Origin: Adineta vaga
Lineage: Eukaryota > Animalia > Rotifera
Assembly (NCBI GenBank): GCA_021613535.1
Contig: CP075495.1
Location: 12,214,001-12,278,000, forward strand
Direction of reading: 5' to 3'
DNA: 64,000 bases
Shown here piece after piece: positions 1-14,500 of the stretch. The notes below the pieces were generated by a model that saw only the letters and a list, made by a program, of their open reading frames with translations, was not told where the DNA came from and did not search any database. Position 1 is the stretch's first letter, and every line of letters starts with the position of its first letter. Both the position numbers and the translations under genes were made by a program.

Positions 1-1745
1 GTGTTTATGATGTTTTATCAATATAAAGAACATAATAAAGAACGGAGTAGAAAGCTTTAATCTTATGGATATAGTGTGCATTTAGTGTTAGAGACACATG
101 AGAGATCAATTTTTGACGATTGACTACCATCATATACCTTTTTTTTTATCCCTTCTCTAACAACGGTGACCGTCATGTGCGTTGTTATGATGATGGTCGT
201 CGTCGTTGTCGTCGTCGTTATTGTATAGTAGAGTAGCACTAGTGAGTTTTTTCTTTCTTCTCTTCGTTTCTTTCTCATGTCCTTTCTACTGATTACACAT
301 GCACATACGCAACTGGATCCCTTGTATTCGTTTTCATTGTCCCTTGTTCATGATTAAGACGAAGAAGAGAGAGAGAGAGAAAAAAAGCGAGGAGAAGAGA
401 AACAAAGCATTATAAAAAAATCGAGAGAGAACTCTTTTAAATAGTTTAAGTGAGTAATGCCCGTTTTGTTCATATTATTTTACTTTTATACAGTAAATTT
501 CTTTCTCTATGCATTCAATCTGTTGTTAAGGGACATATGCACGTCATTTTTTCCATATTACCATTGACTGTCGATCAAAGAATGATGTTTTATCTTTCAT
601 TAATAATCGTTTAAGTACTCGTGCGTTTCTAATTTGCGACAAATATTGAGAAACAGCTGCGCTATTTGTATATCTTTACCGTCTACATCATTTCTTAATC
701 ATTGAATAGTCTCGAATAGAATGAGAATAGTCATAACTTTGATTTCAAACCTTGCGAGAAAGAAATGTGACATGTTCAAGAGAATGAAGATATTAATCTG
801 TTGTATCAGTTTATACCATTGTTGCGAGTATCGATTACGTGAAAAGTGATGATTAAATTATGTAAACATTCTGTGACGTCATTTGAAAAAAGGAAAAGAA
901 AGTATATGTGTAGATATGGGTAAGTATATATCTCTTCATGGCCTCAAAAATCGACATATAGACACATACACACACACACACACGTTGTACATCTTTTCGA
1001 GGACGACAAGGATCAAAAATACTGAAAGTAATGTATATAAATTAATACAAACGAATAAGAATAAATAAATGTATTAAAGGAAATCGAGTATGTTCAGGGT
1101 CATTTGTTTTAGTTCGTATTTAATTAGAACGAAATAACAACACCTTCATATGAGCCCTCTAGTATTATTAGTAAATTTGATTAGAGATTTAATTCTATCA
1201 CACGCACATCTCAATGACTTTGTTATTGTTGTTGCCGTAGGTATAAATGACAGAGAGACAAGGAGAGAGTGAAAGAGGCGAAGAAAAACAAGGAAAGGCC
1301 GACTGTTTTCGATTCTTTACAGTTTGTAGATGACTATGTGGACAGAGAGAAAAAGCAATAGAAGAAGAAGAATAAGAATAAGAGAAAAGAGAAACGTGTC
1401 GCGCCGCCGCCGCCACCGCCACCGCAAGCTAACTGAATTGGACTGTGTCAATAGTAATATTAGTCGGTGAAGCAATAGCAGAAGCACTAGTAGTGATTGG
1501 ATATATTCTTCAAATATTACTCTTCAATTGAGTCAAGTATTCTTCGAAAAGATAAAATACCATCAGGTTTTGAAAATGTGTGCAAGAGAAATAGAGTGAA
1601 AGAGAAGTAAAAGAATGTGATGGTATTCCGTAGGAAGAACACAAAATACTCATTACCATTTACACTTTTTTATTTTGTAGATTTCATCTTCTTCTTTTTC
1701 AGTACAATAAAATAAAGAATTCATTTGATTCTTTTCGATTACGAA

Positions 1746-4700
1746 ATGATGCCAATAATAGAACAAAGTCCTGTCCATCATCATCATCATCATGGTCATG
1801 GCCACCAAACCTATTATCATCAACAACATTCACCAGAACAAACTGGTAAGATACAATTAACACTTATCTTACCAAATGGTGTCCCATCCGTTATAAATGT
1901 TGATGCTAAGTAATGATTAATTTCTCTATATCTGTATGAACATATATTCTATCTTTCGAACATATGTTTCTCTAGTACACCAATGATGGATTTACTTGTA
2001 CAAGCTGCATCATTGAATAAACTTAATCCAAGTGGTTATTCACTTGTTGTACTTGATTCAAATCAACATGTTATTCATTTTAAGGCGAATCAAACTGTTG
2101 GACAGATTGGTATGTATATCATAATTGTGAAATTAATTTAGATTTTAAAAGAACCTAAATATTGTTTCAGTTAAAAATTGTCATTTACCACAAATAAACG
2201 GTAATTTATTGATGTACATCTGCTTCTCACGTTTCACATTGCTTCATATTAATTTACTGCTTAAATTGAAATAACAAGATTCATAGTCTTTCTTGTCTTT
2301 CTTCTTCAGGTTCATCAACGATTAGTCTCCTACCGAAGGAAACAATACATAATCATTCGACAACAAAACTTAAATCACAACCATTTGAAGTATGTCATCT
2401 ATTATCTTACTCACTAAAAATGAATGTTTTCTTTTTCCATTAGATAACAGTTCGTTTACAAGTTAATCTGCCCGATGCACAAAAAATTCTTTTACGTGTT
2501 GATCCTACTTTACCATTGTTTGAAATTAAAGAACAAATTTGTAAACAAAAAAAATATATTCATTCCAATCAATATACATTACGTTTACCTGATAAACTTG
2601 ATCAACCACTTTTACTTGGTTTATCATTAGCTGAGTATAAAACAAATGAATTAACATTAATCTATAACAAAGATTCACAATTCGATCATCAAATCAATCC
2701 AAATCAACATCAATCGTTCGATCGTCTCTATCGAACACGTTCAGAAACTCAACCACCAAAAGAAACTTTTCATGATGTATCTACTGAACAACAAGAAAGT
2801 CCTAGTAAACAAGAACAACTTGTCAATACAATTCGTCCATCGCATACATCTTTACATGCTTATTGGAATGATCCAAATTTTGATACACAATCTCAAATAT
2901 CAAATAGTTCATCAATAACAAAGAAACGTCGTGCTCCAAAACCACCTGGCTATGCGAGTCCAAATCGAGTTGAACCACAAATTGTCTATATTCATCAACA
3001 ACAACCATCATTGCATATTCGTTCTCCATCACAACCTTTACGTATCGAACATCATCAAAGTCAAGAATCACTTCAAGCAGAAAATACAAAGAAAAAACGA
3101 AAAGCTCCTCTAGTTACAATCATGAATACCGTAGAGAAGAATGATGAAAGAGAACATGATCAACCTATGACTAATGAAACAACTCGACCAGGTAAATTGA
3201 TTGAATTGAATTTGTTCAAACATTTTGAAATAATTTTTGTTCATAGGCTTGGAGCCTCCACCACCACCACCACCATCAACAACAACAATTGACAATTTCA
3301 ATGATGATTTACATAAGACACCAGATGTTGAACAAACATCAATTGAAGAAACACCACGAAATGATGAACAATATTTATCGAATTCATCTCAAATTCAAAC
3401 ACCAACACTTGAAATTCAAACAACTTCTTCACAACAAACAAGTGTCGAAATATATTCACCATCATCATCAAATCATTCTCCAAAACAGATACAAATTGAG
3501 ACACCATATTCTACACCAATTATGATCGATCCTCAAGAAGAGAACAAATCGGAACAAGTAAATATTGCATTTCTTTTTTTCAATGACAATAAGATTTCTG
3601 TATCGTGATACTGGACCAATGAATCGATAGATAACTTGTTTTCGCTCTCAGTACTCATTTTTTCACATGAATAACTTGGAAAAGATCATATAAATCTTGT
3701 CCTTTCTAATTGATGGTTAAAAACAAAGCATACCTATTGCTTAGTAGAGATAATCTGAGCTCAATTTTCTTCGGAGATTTACTGATTATACCATCGAGAG
3801 TCTCTTATATATCATAAACTTTCCTAAATACTCGATTGTATGTAAAGAACAGACAAATCGATTTCCCAAAAGACGTATTTCGTTTGTTTTTACAATAAAT
3901 GTTCATGTATTGATGAAAAAAACTAATTCATAGTCGTTATCTTTTGACTAATAAAACTTAATATAGGATATATGATTGCCGAAGATAATATTCGAAAACA
4001 TTAGTATACCTTATAATTCATGTCGTCGTAAGAATGAAATAAAAAACATTTGATTGTATTCTAGAAAGTAACTCCAACAAACAATCAATCGGTTGTTGAA
4101 ACAGTTCAAAAAGAAGTCGTTAAAACTCCTACTCTAAGTTCTCCTATGCCGAAACCACCTCGTCAAACTCCTCAAAAAGAGAAGAAATCTTCAACTATAG
4201 ATGGTCTCTTACGTATTATTACTGATCATACTGAACGAGCACAAAATTATCAAATGAATGAAAAAGAAGAAAAAGAAACGAATGAAAACGTTTCTTATTT
4301 TCGGGTTGCAAAGAGTCGTCATGGAAAATTTGAAACTGATAATCGAGGTTTTGTTCATAACTCTATAGCAATATTTGATTCAACAAATCAACCAAAATCG
4401 GAACAATCAACCTCAAAAATATCTCATTCTCCTGAAACAACAACAATAAATCCAACCATGCATCATAAATCTGTACCAATTGTTATACAAGCCCCAAGTA
4501 AAGGCAAACAAGCTTATAATCTATTGAAAAAATATGAAAAAGAAGAACAATCATCCTCAACAATGGAAAAAGAAAAATCACCAACACCTCTTCAAGTTCG
4601 TTTCTGATAAAAAAAAAGAAATATTCTTCATTTCCTTCTGTCTTTAGCTTGAAGTAACTGAACGAACTACTCATATCACCGTATGTATCCTAGCAATATT

Positions 4701-5069
4701 GTTAACTATCAATACTATCCTCTCTGTTAAATTTAGGTTACTGTAGAAAGTGATCGAAAACAAGTGATAACACGCGCTTCACCTATCGCACAACAGCCAA
4801 TACCACCAGTGGTAGCACCGAAACCAGTTGGTAAAATAATAACAGAATATCGTACCATTCGACGAGTTGGTAATGTTGGTGGTGAAACAACGACCACAAT
4901 GACTACTACTGCAGATGATGGAACAATAACATCAAAAGAAATAACGAATAAACGATTACCATCCATCGAAAATGAAGACCGATTAAGTAATCAATCAAAT
5001 ACTTCGCATGATGAATTGATGGAATCGATTCGACGATTTGGTGGTTCACAAAATTTAGGAAAAAAATAA
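1746..5069 (+). CDS. COBL: Cordon-bleu (COBL/COBLL1)-like actin regulator, multi-exon
   Basis: Spliced N-terminus gives two ubiquitin/RBD-like units (IQLTLILPNG...PMMDLLVQAA; FEITVRLQVNLPDAQKILLRVDP), KRAP-type motifs (KKRRAPKPP, KKRKAP), a polyproline tract, and a C-terminal WH2-like segment (SHDELMESIRRFGGSQNLGKK*). GT-AG introns keep the frame. Confidence 0.8.
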
Positions 5070-5993
5070 TTCTCTCGTTCATCTTCATTTCATATTTGTC
5101 CTTTAACCTAGTCAATTTTTTCACTCCCCAGCTTTACTATCTTCTTGTCTCCTTTTCTTTTCTTTCCGGTGCTTTCTACAAATGCTTATTGAAAATATGT
5201 CCAAAACAAAAGATGAACAGTGTTTATCATCAAGAAACATTCTACTTGATGAGAAAAAAAAACACAAATGGGACAATAATATTACATGTAAAAATACTCG
5301 ATTTTCTTTTTAATTTTCCTTTTTTCATATTTTCGTTGCTATTGTATGTTTGTATATGTGTGCATTTTTTTTTCTCGCTTTGTGTCTATGTGTTCTACGT
5401 AGTTTGTTATAACGAGTAAATTCTTCTTTCGTGTATGTGTGTGCATGTTTACTACAACTTCTATCCTTTTTTCTTTTTTTCCTAACCAAGAAAATAATAA
5501 TATTAATCTCATTCAATAATTCATATGTTGATAGATCCTTTGTTAACAATTGACGAAAGAGAAAAACGACTGGATTTTGAATTCTTCAACAAATTGTTGA
5601 TTGTGTCAGTTAGAAATATTTATTGTTATTATATTTAAAGATAAATCAATGGGATATAACAAAAAGAAGTGATTTGTTACTTCTATGTTATTTAAATGTA
5701 ATTTAAAACAATGATTAGTAAGAACTAGAGATATTTACTAATTGATACATAGGACAATTAGATCGTTCGGGTTCTACATTTGTATGACATTATTGATTGA
5801 GAAAATAATCATACAATTCTTTACTATTCTTTTTTTATATTATATTAGTAAGAAAAGAATGAATGACGACAGGTAATAAATATGACAACTAATTTCTTGA
5901 TTGTTATCGATCAAATGTCGTATGAAAGAGAAGAAGAAGAAGAAGAAAAAAAAACAAAGACAATATGAAATATTTGTAGCCTTGTCATCGTGT

Positions 5994-7898
5994 ATGAAAC
6001 TGATGGCTAACGCTTGTTCACTATTATACAATACGTCCTCATGGTTATTTAATGGTAACTAAAACAACAAGTATTATATGACTATATAGAATATATTGAT
6101 ATTTAGCAAGTTTTTGTCTTGAACAATTCGATCGAATAGCATGTTGGCCACCTACCAAAGCTGGTGTTTATCGTCGTATCCAATGTCCAAAATATATCTT
6201 TCCTGATGCTAGTTCAGATGGTATGACAAAATTCAGTTTAATATCCTCCGATGATTTCATGTTTTTGTTTTAGCATATGCTTCGCGATTATGTACAAATC
6301 AATCTCAATGGGAACCACGAAGTAATTATGAATTATGTATTGGTTGTTCACAAATCAATGTGGTAGGCATTGAAATGTTTGATTTCTAGACAGTAAATCT
6401 TTCTTTTGTTTAGAATCTTAATGATACATTTGTGATATCTCCAAATTATATTATTATTCGAAAATATTTTATTCTATTTGCCAATATTCTTTCGATTATT
6501 CTTCTTGCTCTTGGTATTCTTATTTTATTAGGAAATAGGTAGAATTATTTGAATTTTGTTGAACTAGGAATCTTTTATTCTTTTATAATCTAGTCGTCTT
6601 CGTCGATATTCTCGAAATATTCTTCATGTTAATGTTTTGTTTGTTTTTCTTCTACGATCAATTATTCAACTTATTGCTGAACTTCATATGAGTAAAGGTT
6701 ATTTTGCTCATAATGTATTCGAACGAATTGATGCATGTAATCAAACAACCATCTATTTTAAAGAAGATCAAGTAAAAATAATATTCTCGTTAATAATTAA
6801 AATTGTCAATAAACTATTTATATTTTAGTTACTTGATTGTAAATTATTTACTATCCTTATGAATTATATCAATAGTAGTGTATCACATTGGTTTGTTTTT
6901 TGTGAAGCATTATATTTCTATCGATTATTACGAGCAAAAGCATATCGAGATAGTGTATATTGGTATATTCTAACTGGTTGGTGTAAGTAATCGTTTAAAC
7001 ATATTTATAAAATCTTGATGGAAAAGAAAATATTGTTTTTTTCAGTAGCACCATTGTATTTAACAATAATAACTTATATAACACGAGTTATATTAAGAAC
7101 GGATCCTTATACATGTTGGTTTGAACCATCAATTTATGATTGGATTCTTCATGGACCAAATGTTATTCTTCAAATTGTAAGAATATCGAATGATTTTCAT
7201 TATTAATATTCGTCTTTTTCTTTTTATTTAGTTGAATTTCTTTATTTTTACGTATATATGTGTATTACTAGCACAAAAATTAAATCCAACTTATCGAACA
7301 AATTGTTCATCCGATCACAGACGTTTTTCAAAATATATGTAAATATTTTCAAGGATTTTTTATTTTGTAAAAGAAAAACTAATTTCGATTTCTTCTTCAG
7401 TCGTTTAACTCGTTCAACATTGATTTTATTACCTTTATTTGGTATTCATTATTTCTTATTTATGTGGAATACAAAACCATTATTAATACCAAGTTTAATT
7501 ATTATTCATCTTACTGTTCATACAATCTCATCTTCAATACAAGTAACGATTATCTTTTGCAGTGATAACTCTAGTAATCAATTCGTATGTTTCTTTAGGG
7601 TTTAATTGTTGCATTAATTTATACATTAATCAATGCAGAAGTTCAACGTGAAGTTTTACGAAGTATTGATCGTTGTTTAAGTCAACGGTATTCATCATGG
7701 CAACAACCAAACTTTATTCGAATCTATATCAATAAATTAGAAAATGAACGTTTATATTCACTCGGAAGTTATCAAACACGATCAATAGGGACTGCACAAT
7801 ATCGTCCAAGACATTCAAGTATTCTTCTACAACAAAATGAAAATGTAAATGAAGAACGACGAAGTTTAAATCATTCGATTCGACAACATTCAGGATGA
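5994..7898 (+). CDS. Secretin-family (class B1) GPCR, PTH/calcitonin-receptor-like
   Basis: Hormone-receptor ectodomain (FCLEQFDRIACWPPTKAG...CP...RLCTNQSQW...NYELC), RNILHVN in TM2, STLILLPLFGIHY in TM6, QGLIVALIYTLINAEVQRE in TM7/helix 8. Stop TGA at 7896-7898. Start codon uncertain. Confidence 0.88.
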
Positions 7899-8014
7899 AA
7901 ATCATATTTGAAATGTATTTATATATCTGTTGAATAATGATAAAATAGGATTACATATAAATTTTACTTGATCAATTTCTTTTCGAGTCATCAAAAAAAT
8001 TGATTGATACATTT

Positions 8015-8775
8015 TTATATTTCAAATCGACTATGTTCATAAACTAGTTTTTCTATATGTGGATCATTTTTTAATGGATATATTTTTCCTTTCCATTCGA
8101 TACTACAAGGAAGATCATTCGATTTTCCATCATAAATAAGATGAGAACTTAATCGTTCAGCAATAGAATCTTTGATTAAAGCCACACTAGGATAGAATTT
8201 TTCCGATATTGGATAATAAATTCGACCGGTATCTGGTTTAATATAAAGCCTCTCTGGTTGAAATTGTATCGAGAGGTTCGTTGTTGGGATATGACAACAT
8301 TCGAAGAGATCATTTTCATCAAACAATCGAGTTAACACAAACGGTACATCAGCACAACGTATAAAATTACGCTCACGGCCGCATAAAGATACATATGGAA
8401 ATGTTGTAAAATAAGGACGATCTTCGTATGTATTCGCTCGAAGACGAGTGAAGAAAAAATGTAGAAATTTTGGATCTAAATTATATCGAAAAACACAAAT
8501 TTGTATTCTAGTAATATGATAGGAAGGTTAATCTCACTGACCTTTGTAACAGGAAGTGAAATTTTTAAATCGTGTATCATCTAAGAATAACTATAGAGAG
8601 AAAGAAAAGTTCAAGTTTGATAAGATTATTATTTTCCCACCTGTCCAAATGAATCAATAGAATAAAAATATTCTCGAACATCAGAACGATCAGGTGGTGC
8701 TTGACCTTGAACATATGATAAAAGTCGAGTGGAAGGTTTACATTTATTTAATGATGATAAAATAGATAAGAACAT
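8015..8775 (-). CDS. C8orf82: UPF0598 / C8orf82-like (DUF4505) protein, 3 exons
   Basis: Spliced translation contains YVQGQAP...REYFYSIDSFGQLFLDDTRFKNFTSCYKDPKFLHFFF...FPYVSLCGRERNFIRCAD and LYIKPDTGRIYYP, all characteristic of the family. Confidence 0.9.
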
Positions 8776-9157
8776 AGTTTATCTAGAAACTAAATTCATT
8801 CATTTGTGTAACCGATGATATAATGATCTCTCTACTAGTTGATAAACAATATTACATCTTTCTTTTATTGAGTTTTAACTTTTAATATAGCTCAACTCTT
8901 TTGTATCTACGAATATATACATCTGATCTGCAATAGTTGTATTTTAATAGATTGATATTTCTTTTGACATCATGTTTAAAATCTATTTCATGAGAAAAAC
9001 GAAAAATATGTATTTGTACATGTTTTCATTGAGTCATGATACGAAAAAAAATGACGAGGAATAGGAAAGAATAACAAATTTGCTAGATTAAAGAATACGT
9101 TAAACCTATTATCTTCAAGATAATTGATAAGCAAAAAAGAAAGAAAAATAAATAAGT

Positions 9158-11152
9158 TTATGAACGTGCACTGAGTGGTGTAGCTTTGAGAGAAAACTTC
9201 GGTGGTAAATTTGCTAAACCAAATGTTCCGTTTGTTGGTTCTGGTAGTGGACCATTTTTTTCGAAATCATTATGATATAACAAAACACCTAGAATACCAG
9301 TTAATAAATTGAATAGATGTTTTTCGGCGACACATGCACGTGGACCAAAACCAAATGGTGCATATGAATGTGCTGGTATTGATGATGCATTATCGCCTAT
9401 CCAACGCGTAACATCAAATCTATTTGGTTCTTTCCATGCAACTGAATGATGGAGAGCAACAATATTAGCACCGAATTGTGTACGTTTTTGTATGTGAAAT
9501 TTACGCCATTTAAAATCTTGTAAAGTTGAATGAATAACAATTGGTACAACGGGTGAAGTACGTAAAACTTCTTTAACAAATGCTTGAGTTTGACTAAGAG
9601 ATTCAGCCGATGAGAGATTAAATTGCGAATAATTATTATCTCTAAAGGAACAAATAAAGAAATAAAACTTCCGAAATTCATCTAACATACCGAACTTCTC
9701 GTCGACAGACATCAGCTTCTTCCGGATATTTGACAATATAAAGTAATAACCATGAAAGAGCACCTTTAAGCATTTCACTTCCATGCATAATTATATCAAG
9801 TATACAAGCAGCAATATCATCTTCATCCAAACGTGGTGATGATTCATCGAGAACAGTCAAAATTGAATCAAGAAAATCATTACTAATCTTTGTTGTTGAT
9901 GTAACTGTTTTTTCATCATCAATATTATCTGTACCAGTGATTTCATTTCGTCGATGTTCCGTCCATGTTTTAATATAATCTAAGACATTCTCATTGATAT
10001 CTAATGTTTCTGAAAGACCAGTTAATTGTGTTAACATAGCTTTAGCAGATTTTTCAAATGTATCAGCATGAATAGCTTTGGAAATTTTGTATAAATTTTG
10101 CTCAAATAATTCATATGTTTTATCATTATGTGAAATATCCATTGATGAACATGATAGAGAGGTTAAAAGACGACTTGCAAAATAAAATGTCGTACGACGA
10201 ACATCAAAATTTTCCGATAAACGTATATTTTTTAATTGTTCTTGAACAGCTGAATCAAGACGCTTACCGATGAGATTTGTGTCAATATGATGTACAAGAG
10301 CTTTATGTAGAATTCGAACATTATGATCTTGATGACGGAAAACAATACCTAGAGAAATTAGAAAAGATAATGATATGTCAGTTTAAGATTAATACCATGA
10401 AAAAACTGATTTCAATCACGATATGAAACTAATTCTAGCACGTAATTGTTTTTCTTAACAAAAGATTTTTAAAGTTATCGAGAATTATATTATTCTGAAC
10501 TAATAATATTGGAATAAAATTCTATGAATATCTCTTTGCTCGATGTAGAGTGCATAACATTTGAGAAAATTTCATTCTTACCTGTACGAATATGTTTTCC
10601 TTCTTTATATCGTAATTGATTTTCTAAATAACCATCTACTTTATTACTAACTAAATCAGCACGTCCAATAAATATTTCATTTATTAATGTTGTATCATTC
10701 AATAAAACTAAACGACCAGAATGAGTCATAACTGTACATAAATCAGGATAATCAGTTGCTAAATTAAGTAAATTTTCACGTTTTTTCCGATGAAATGCAA
10801 TAGCATCTTTAATATTTCTCCAATCACGTGGTCCCTTTGGGTAACGATATCGATTACGATCTAAATAGAACAAGAAAAGGACAACATTTTTTTCTTTCGA
10901 CATATCAATTTCAATCTTAGAAATCATACCATATTGCCATTTGAGAAGAATAACAATAATTACCATTACGATATGTATACCAAATGAAGTAAAATAATTC
11001 CATAATGTATCTTCTTCAGCACCCGATGAATGATCCGTATCAGCGATTGTACTTTCAAAAGCATTACCAACAATATTAGCTACTTTAGCACCAACTTCAG
11101 CAGCTAACTCAACTTTTTCTACGACTTTCTCAGTAATATTTTCGGCAGCCAT
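9158..11152 (-). CDS. Cytochrome P450 (clan 2-like, divergent), 4 exons
   Basis: TM anchor followed by YPKGP, K-helix EVLR, PNRF (PERF motif), heme motif PFGFGPRAC. The I-helix reads IMHGSEML, without the conserved Thr. Confidence 0.9.
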
Positions 11153-11552
11153 CGTTATATCTTTTTTTTTATCTAAGATGAAAATAAAAGATGAGAGATT
11201 TATTTATAAATACAATTCTACTGAATAATCTCTCCATTTTTTTCCAAAGTCCATTCTATAGTGAATCATCATAATGTAAATATTGTCAAGAAAAACCATT
11301 CATTTTAATCATATTATTCATCGTTCTCTTATAACTTTTTTCGATGCACTAATGCACATCGTTATCCACCAAAGACGAAAAAACATATACGCATAAAGAA
11401 TGAGAATGATAGATAGAGAAAGAAACAAAGATAGTCACAAACACACAGACACACACGTGTATACACTTAGGGTGAGATCATCATCATCATCATCATTATT
11501 GTTATTTAATATCCATAACAATTAGCAGAAATGAAACAAAAAAAAAGAATAA

Positions 11553-14500
11553 TTAAAATTTAGCTAATTGTTGAAAAAGATTCGATGGTAAAATCGACTC
11601 AATTTTATCCGTTAGATATTGAATAGGTACACTGAACCATGTAAGAAAAATGCGAGCTAGAGATGCAGCTATTTCCGGGTATTGATGAGTAAGTAAAGCA
11701 AGCATAGCTGTGCCTGAACATAAACCAGCTGTAAATAAAATAAAAAATGGCAATTCTTTTTTCGGAAATACAGATACATCATGAAATGCTAAATATAGAA
11801 AAATAATTAAATCGATTTTGTTTCAAATAGATTCTTACCAGGCAATAATTCTCTATCCGCTGCTTCAGTACACTAAAACACATAAGAATTGACGATATTG
11901 AAATTTTAAAAACATATCACAATAAGTTCTTACTGTTGGATATGGATGAAATAGATGTCCTTTTTCTAATGGATATGGAATCATTCGAAATGTTCCTTCC
12001 CATGTGCAATGTAGTAGATTAAGTGCACCTTCAACACGTCGCCAATGTGATAAATGAAAAAATGCATATGCAATAGCTTCTGAATCACCACGTTTAAGAA
12101 TATGTTCAGGTGGTAAAATGATACTTTTCATTTCTAATAAATACTATTCAAACAAAGATAGTCTATAGAAAAGAAGATAATACACTTTATAAATCAACTT
12201 ACTTTAGGTACATGTGGATTGAATTCAACCGCTCTATGAATAGCTTCAACTGCAGACATTTCCGCAGCAGTTAGTCCTCGTTTGCTAGCTACATCCGGTG
12301 AAAATCTAATTGAAGAAAAGAAGAAAAGAAAATGATTCTAATATTAGAAAGTAAAGACATATCAACGGTTATAATGAACAATAATTAATTCTCATTGATG
12401 TACTATAGAATTCAAACGGAAGCAGTGTCATACATCCTTAAAGAACGCCTCTGTTGTTTTTATCAGTAATTTAGTGTTGACATGAATACTTTACATATCT
12501 ATTTTTAACGAATATTTCAATGGTATAAAACAGTCCATGTATTATTTTGCTTTTCCAAGCAAAAAAGGAAAGATTTCAAATCGCATCTTTAATCTTATTC
12601 TATGACAAACCTACGTGGAAGCAACTGCTCTTGCTTTTAACAATGCAGCTGTATAACAAATAGTCGCAGATTTCGGTAGACTAATATCTAAAAGAAAAAT
12701 TGAATTAAATTAAATCGATTCAATCATTTCGAAAAATCACTTACCATCATATTTGGCAAGAACACCCTGTACATCCGGATAATTTTGTAAAGCAAGTAAA
12801 ACTTCAATAAGATTTTCATGAATATTAAACACTGACATCATTGGAAATTCTTTTACTAAATCACGAAATATTTTTGTTGCTTCACGTAGTTTTCCTAATT
12901 TTCTTGCACACATTCCTAAACGTCGTTTGACATAGATTAATATATTTGTATTACGTTCTAGAGAGAGAGAGAGAAACAATTGAAAAACAGAAGATAATAA
13001 TTATCGAAAGAAATATGCTTGTCTTACTATGTACAATCTCTTGATTATGACCTTGTTCAAGTAACTGTTGTGATTTTCTGTAGGCATTTTCCGCACATTT
13101 TAATGCTTGTTTTAACAAACGTTCAACTTCGATAATTGTTGTTGCTTCTTCTTCAGCGAGAAGTATTAATGCAGGTGTGAATCTGATAAAAATGATTAGA
13201 GAAAAAACTGTTGATAATTAAAAATATATTCTGTTTTGTTCTTTACTCAGCATTTTTTTCTAATGCATCACGAGCCAATTGAATACGTGTTGATGGTGCT
13301 CGTTCACGCCATGCTCGTTGCATCACTAGAATATATTTTCAATAAAAATAAACATCTTTCTGTCGACTAATATCGATCACTTACTTTCATATTCAGGTTT
13401 TCCTTCGTCAAGATCACATGAAAAAAACGTTTGATGTTCTTGTGCAGATAAATTCATATCATGAAATGTCAATGGTTCTTTTCCATTATATTGTATTAAA
13501 CGTTGATATTCTGCTCCACGAAATAATGCACATGGATTTTTCCATACTTTACATTCATTTGTACCAGTCACCGGTGTGATTGAATCAATACTATTCGATG
13601 ATCCACAACTATTCATATTATTCGAACCATTGCCACCATTTAAGCCATTCATGGCTGAAGAAGATGATGATGTTAATGTAGTCGATTCATTATTTGATAA
13701 CAAGGAATTCGTTGTTTCATTTCCATTTAAAATTGGTGTTAAATGATTGATTGAAACTTGTTCGATAAATGATGTTCCATATCGTTTAAAATACCACCAT
13801 TCAAATATCTAAAATAATCTTCTCCTTTTTTTTTCAAATCAAAAACATTGATTTCTATTACCAAGATAAGACCGGAGATAAGTGATGATGTGCCAGTTAA
13901 TGCTACGTAAAATTTTGGAGTTAGAGTGTTGAAGAACATTGTTGCTAGAAAAGAATTACATTCAGTTATTTTTTAATATTCTATTTAATAAAATCTTCGA
14001 CAAAACAAAGCCTATTGACATGATAACAGTCAATACAATAACAACAATCAATGAGCACAGATATAATTTCGAATAAAACTTACAGAAGATGACGTTCAAC
14101 ATGTTTGTAATAAATAGTTATACGACAGTAGGAAGGCACCCGGGAGAATTAGAAAGAGAAGAACGTAAGTAATGGCTCTGTGTGTGTGTGTATGAAATAG
14201 AATCTTATAGAGGATAGTAATAATAGCGAAGATAGATATATCTAGAAAAAGATAGAGAGAACGAGAATGAGAAGATTGGTATATCTTTCTTTCTTTTCCT
14301 TTCATTTTCTCAATAAATAACAGAACATGTGGCTCAGAAAGAAAGCCAGAAAACCAGGATTCATTTCTTTTTTTCTTCTACCCACATCCTCATCTACTTG
14401 CTTCTCGTGGTAATGGAATGAATGTAAAAAAAAACGTAATTCATCTTATTTGTTTTCAATCGCAAAGAATTTTACCAGTATTGAAACTATTTATAATATT

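Noticed and set aside
63-1422. Short ORFs with poly-T/A/S tracts
   Set aside because: They derive from microsatellites and promoter sequence, with no homology or coherent splice structure.
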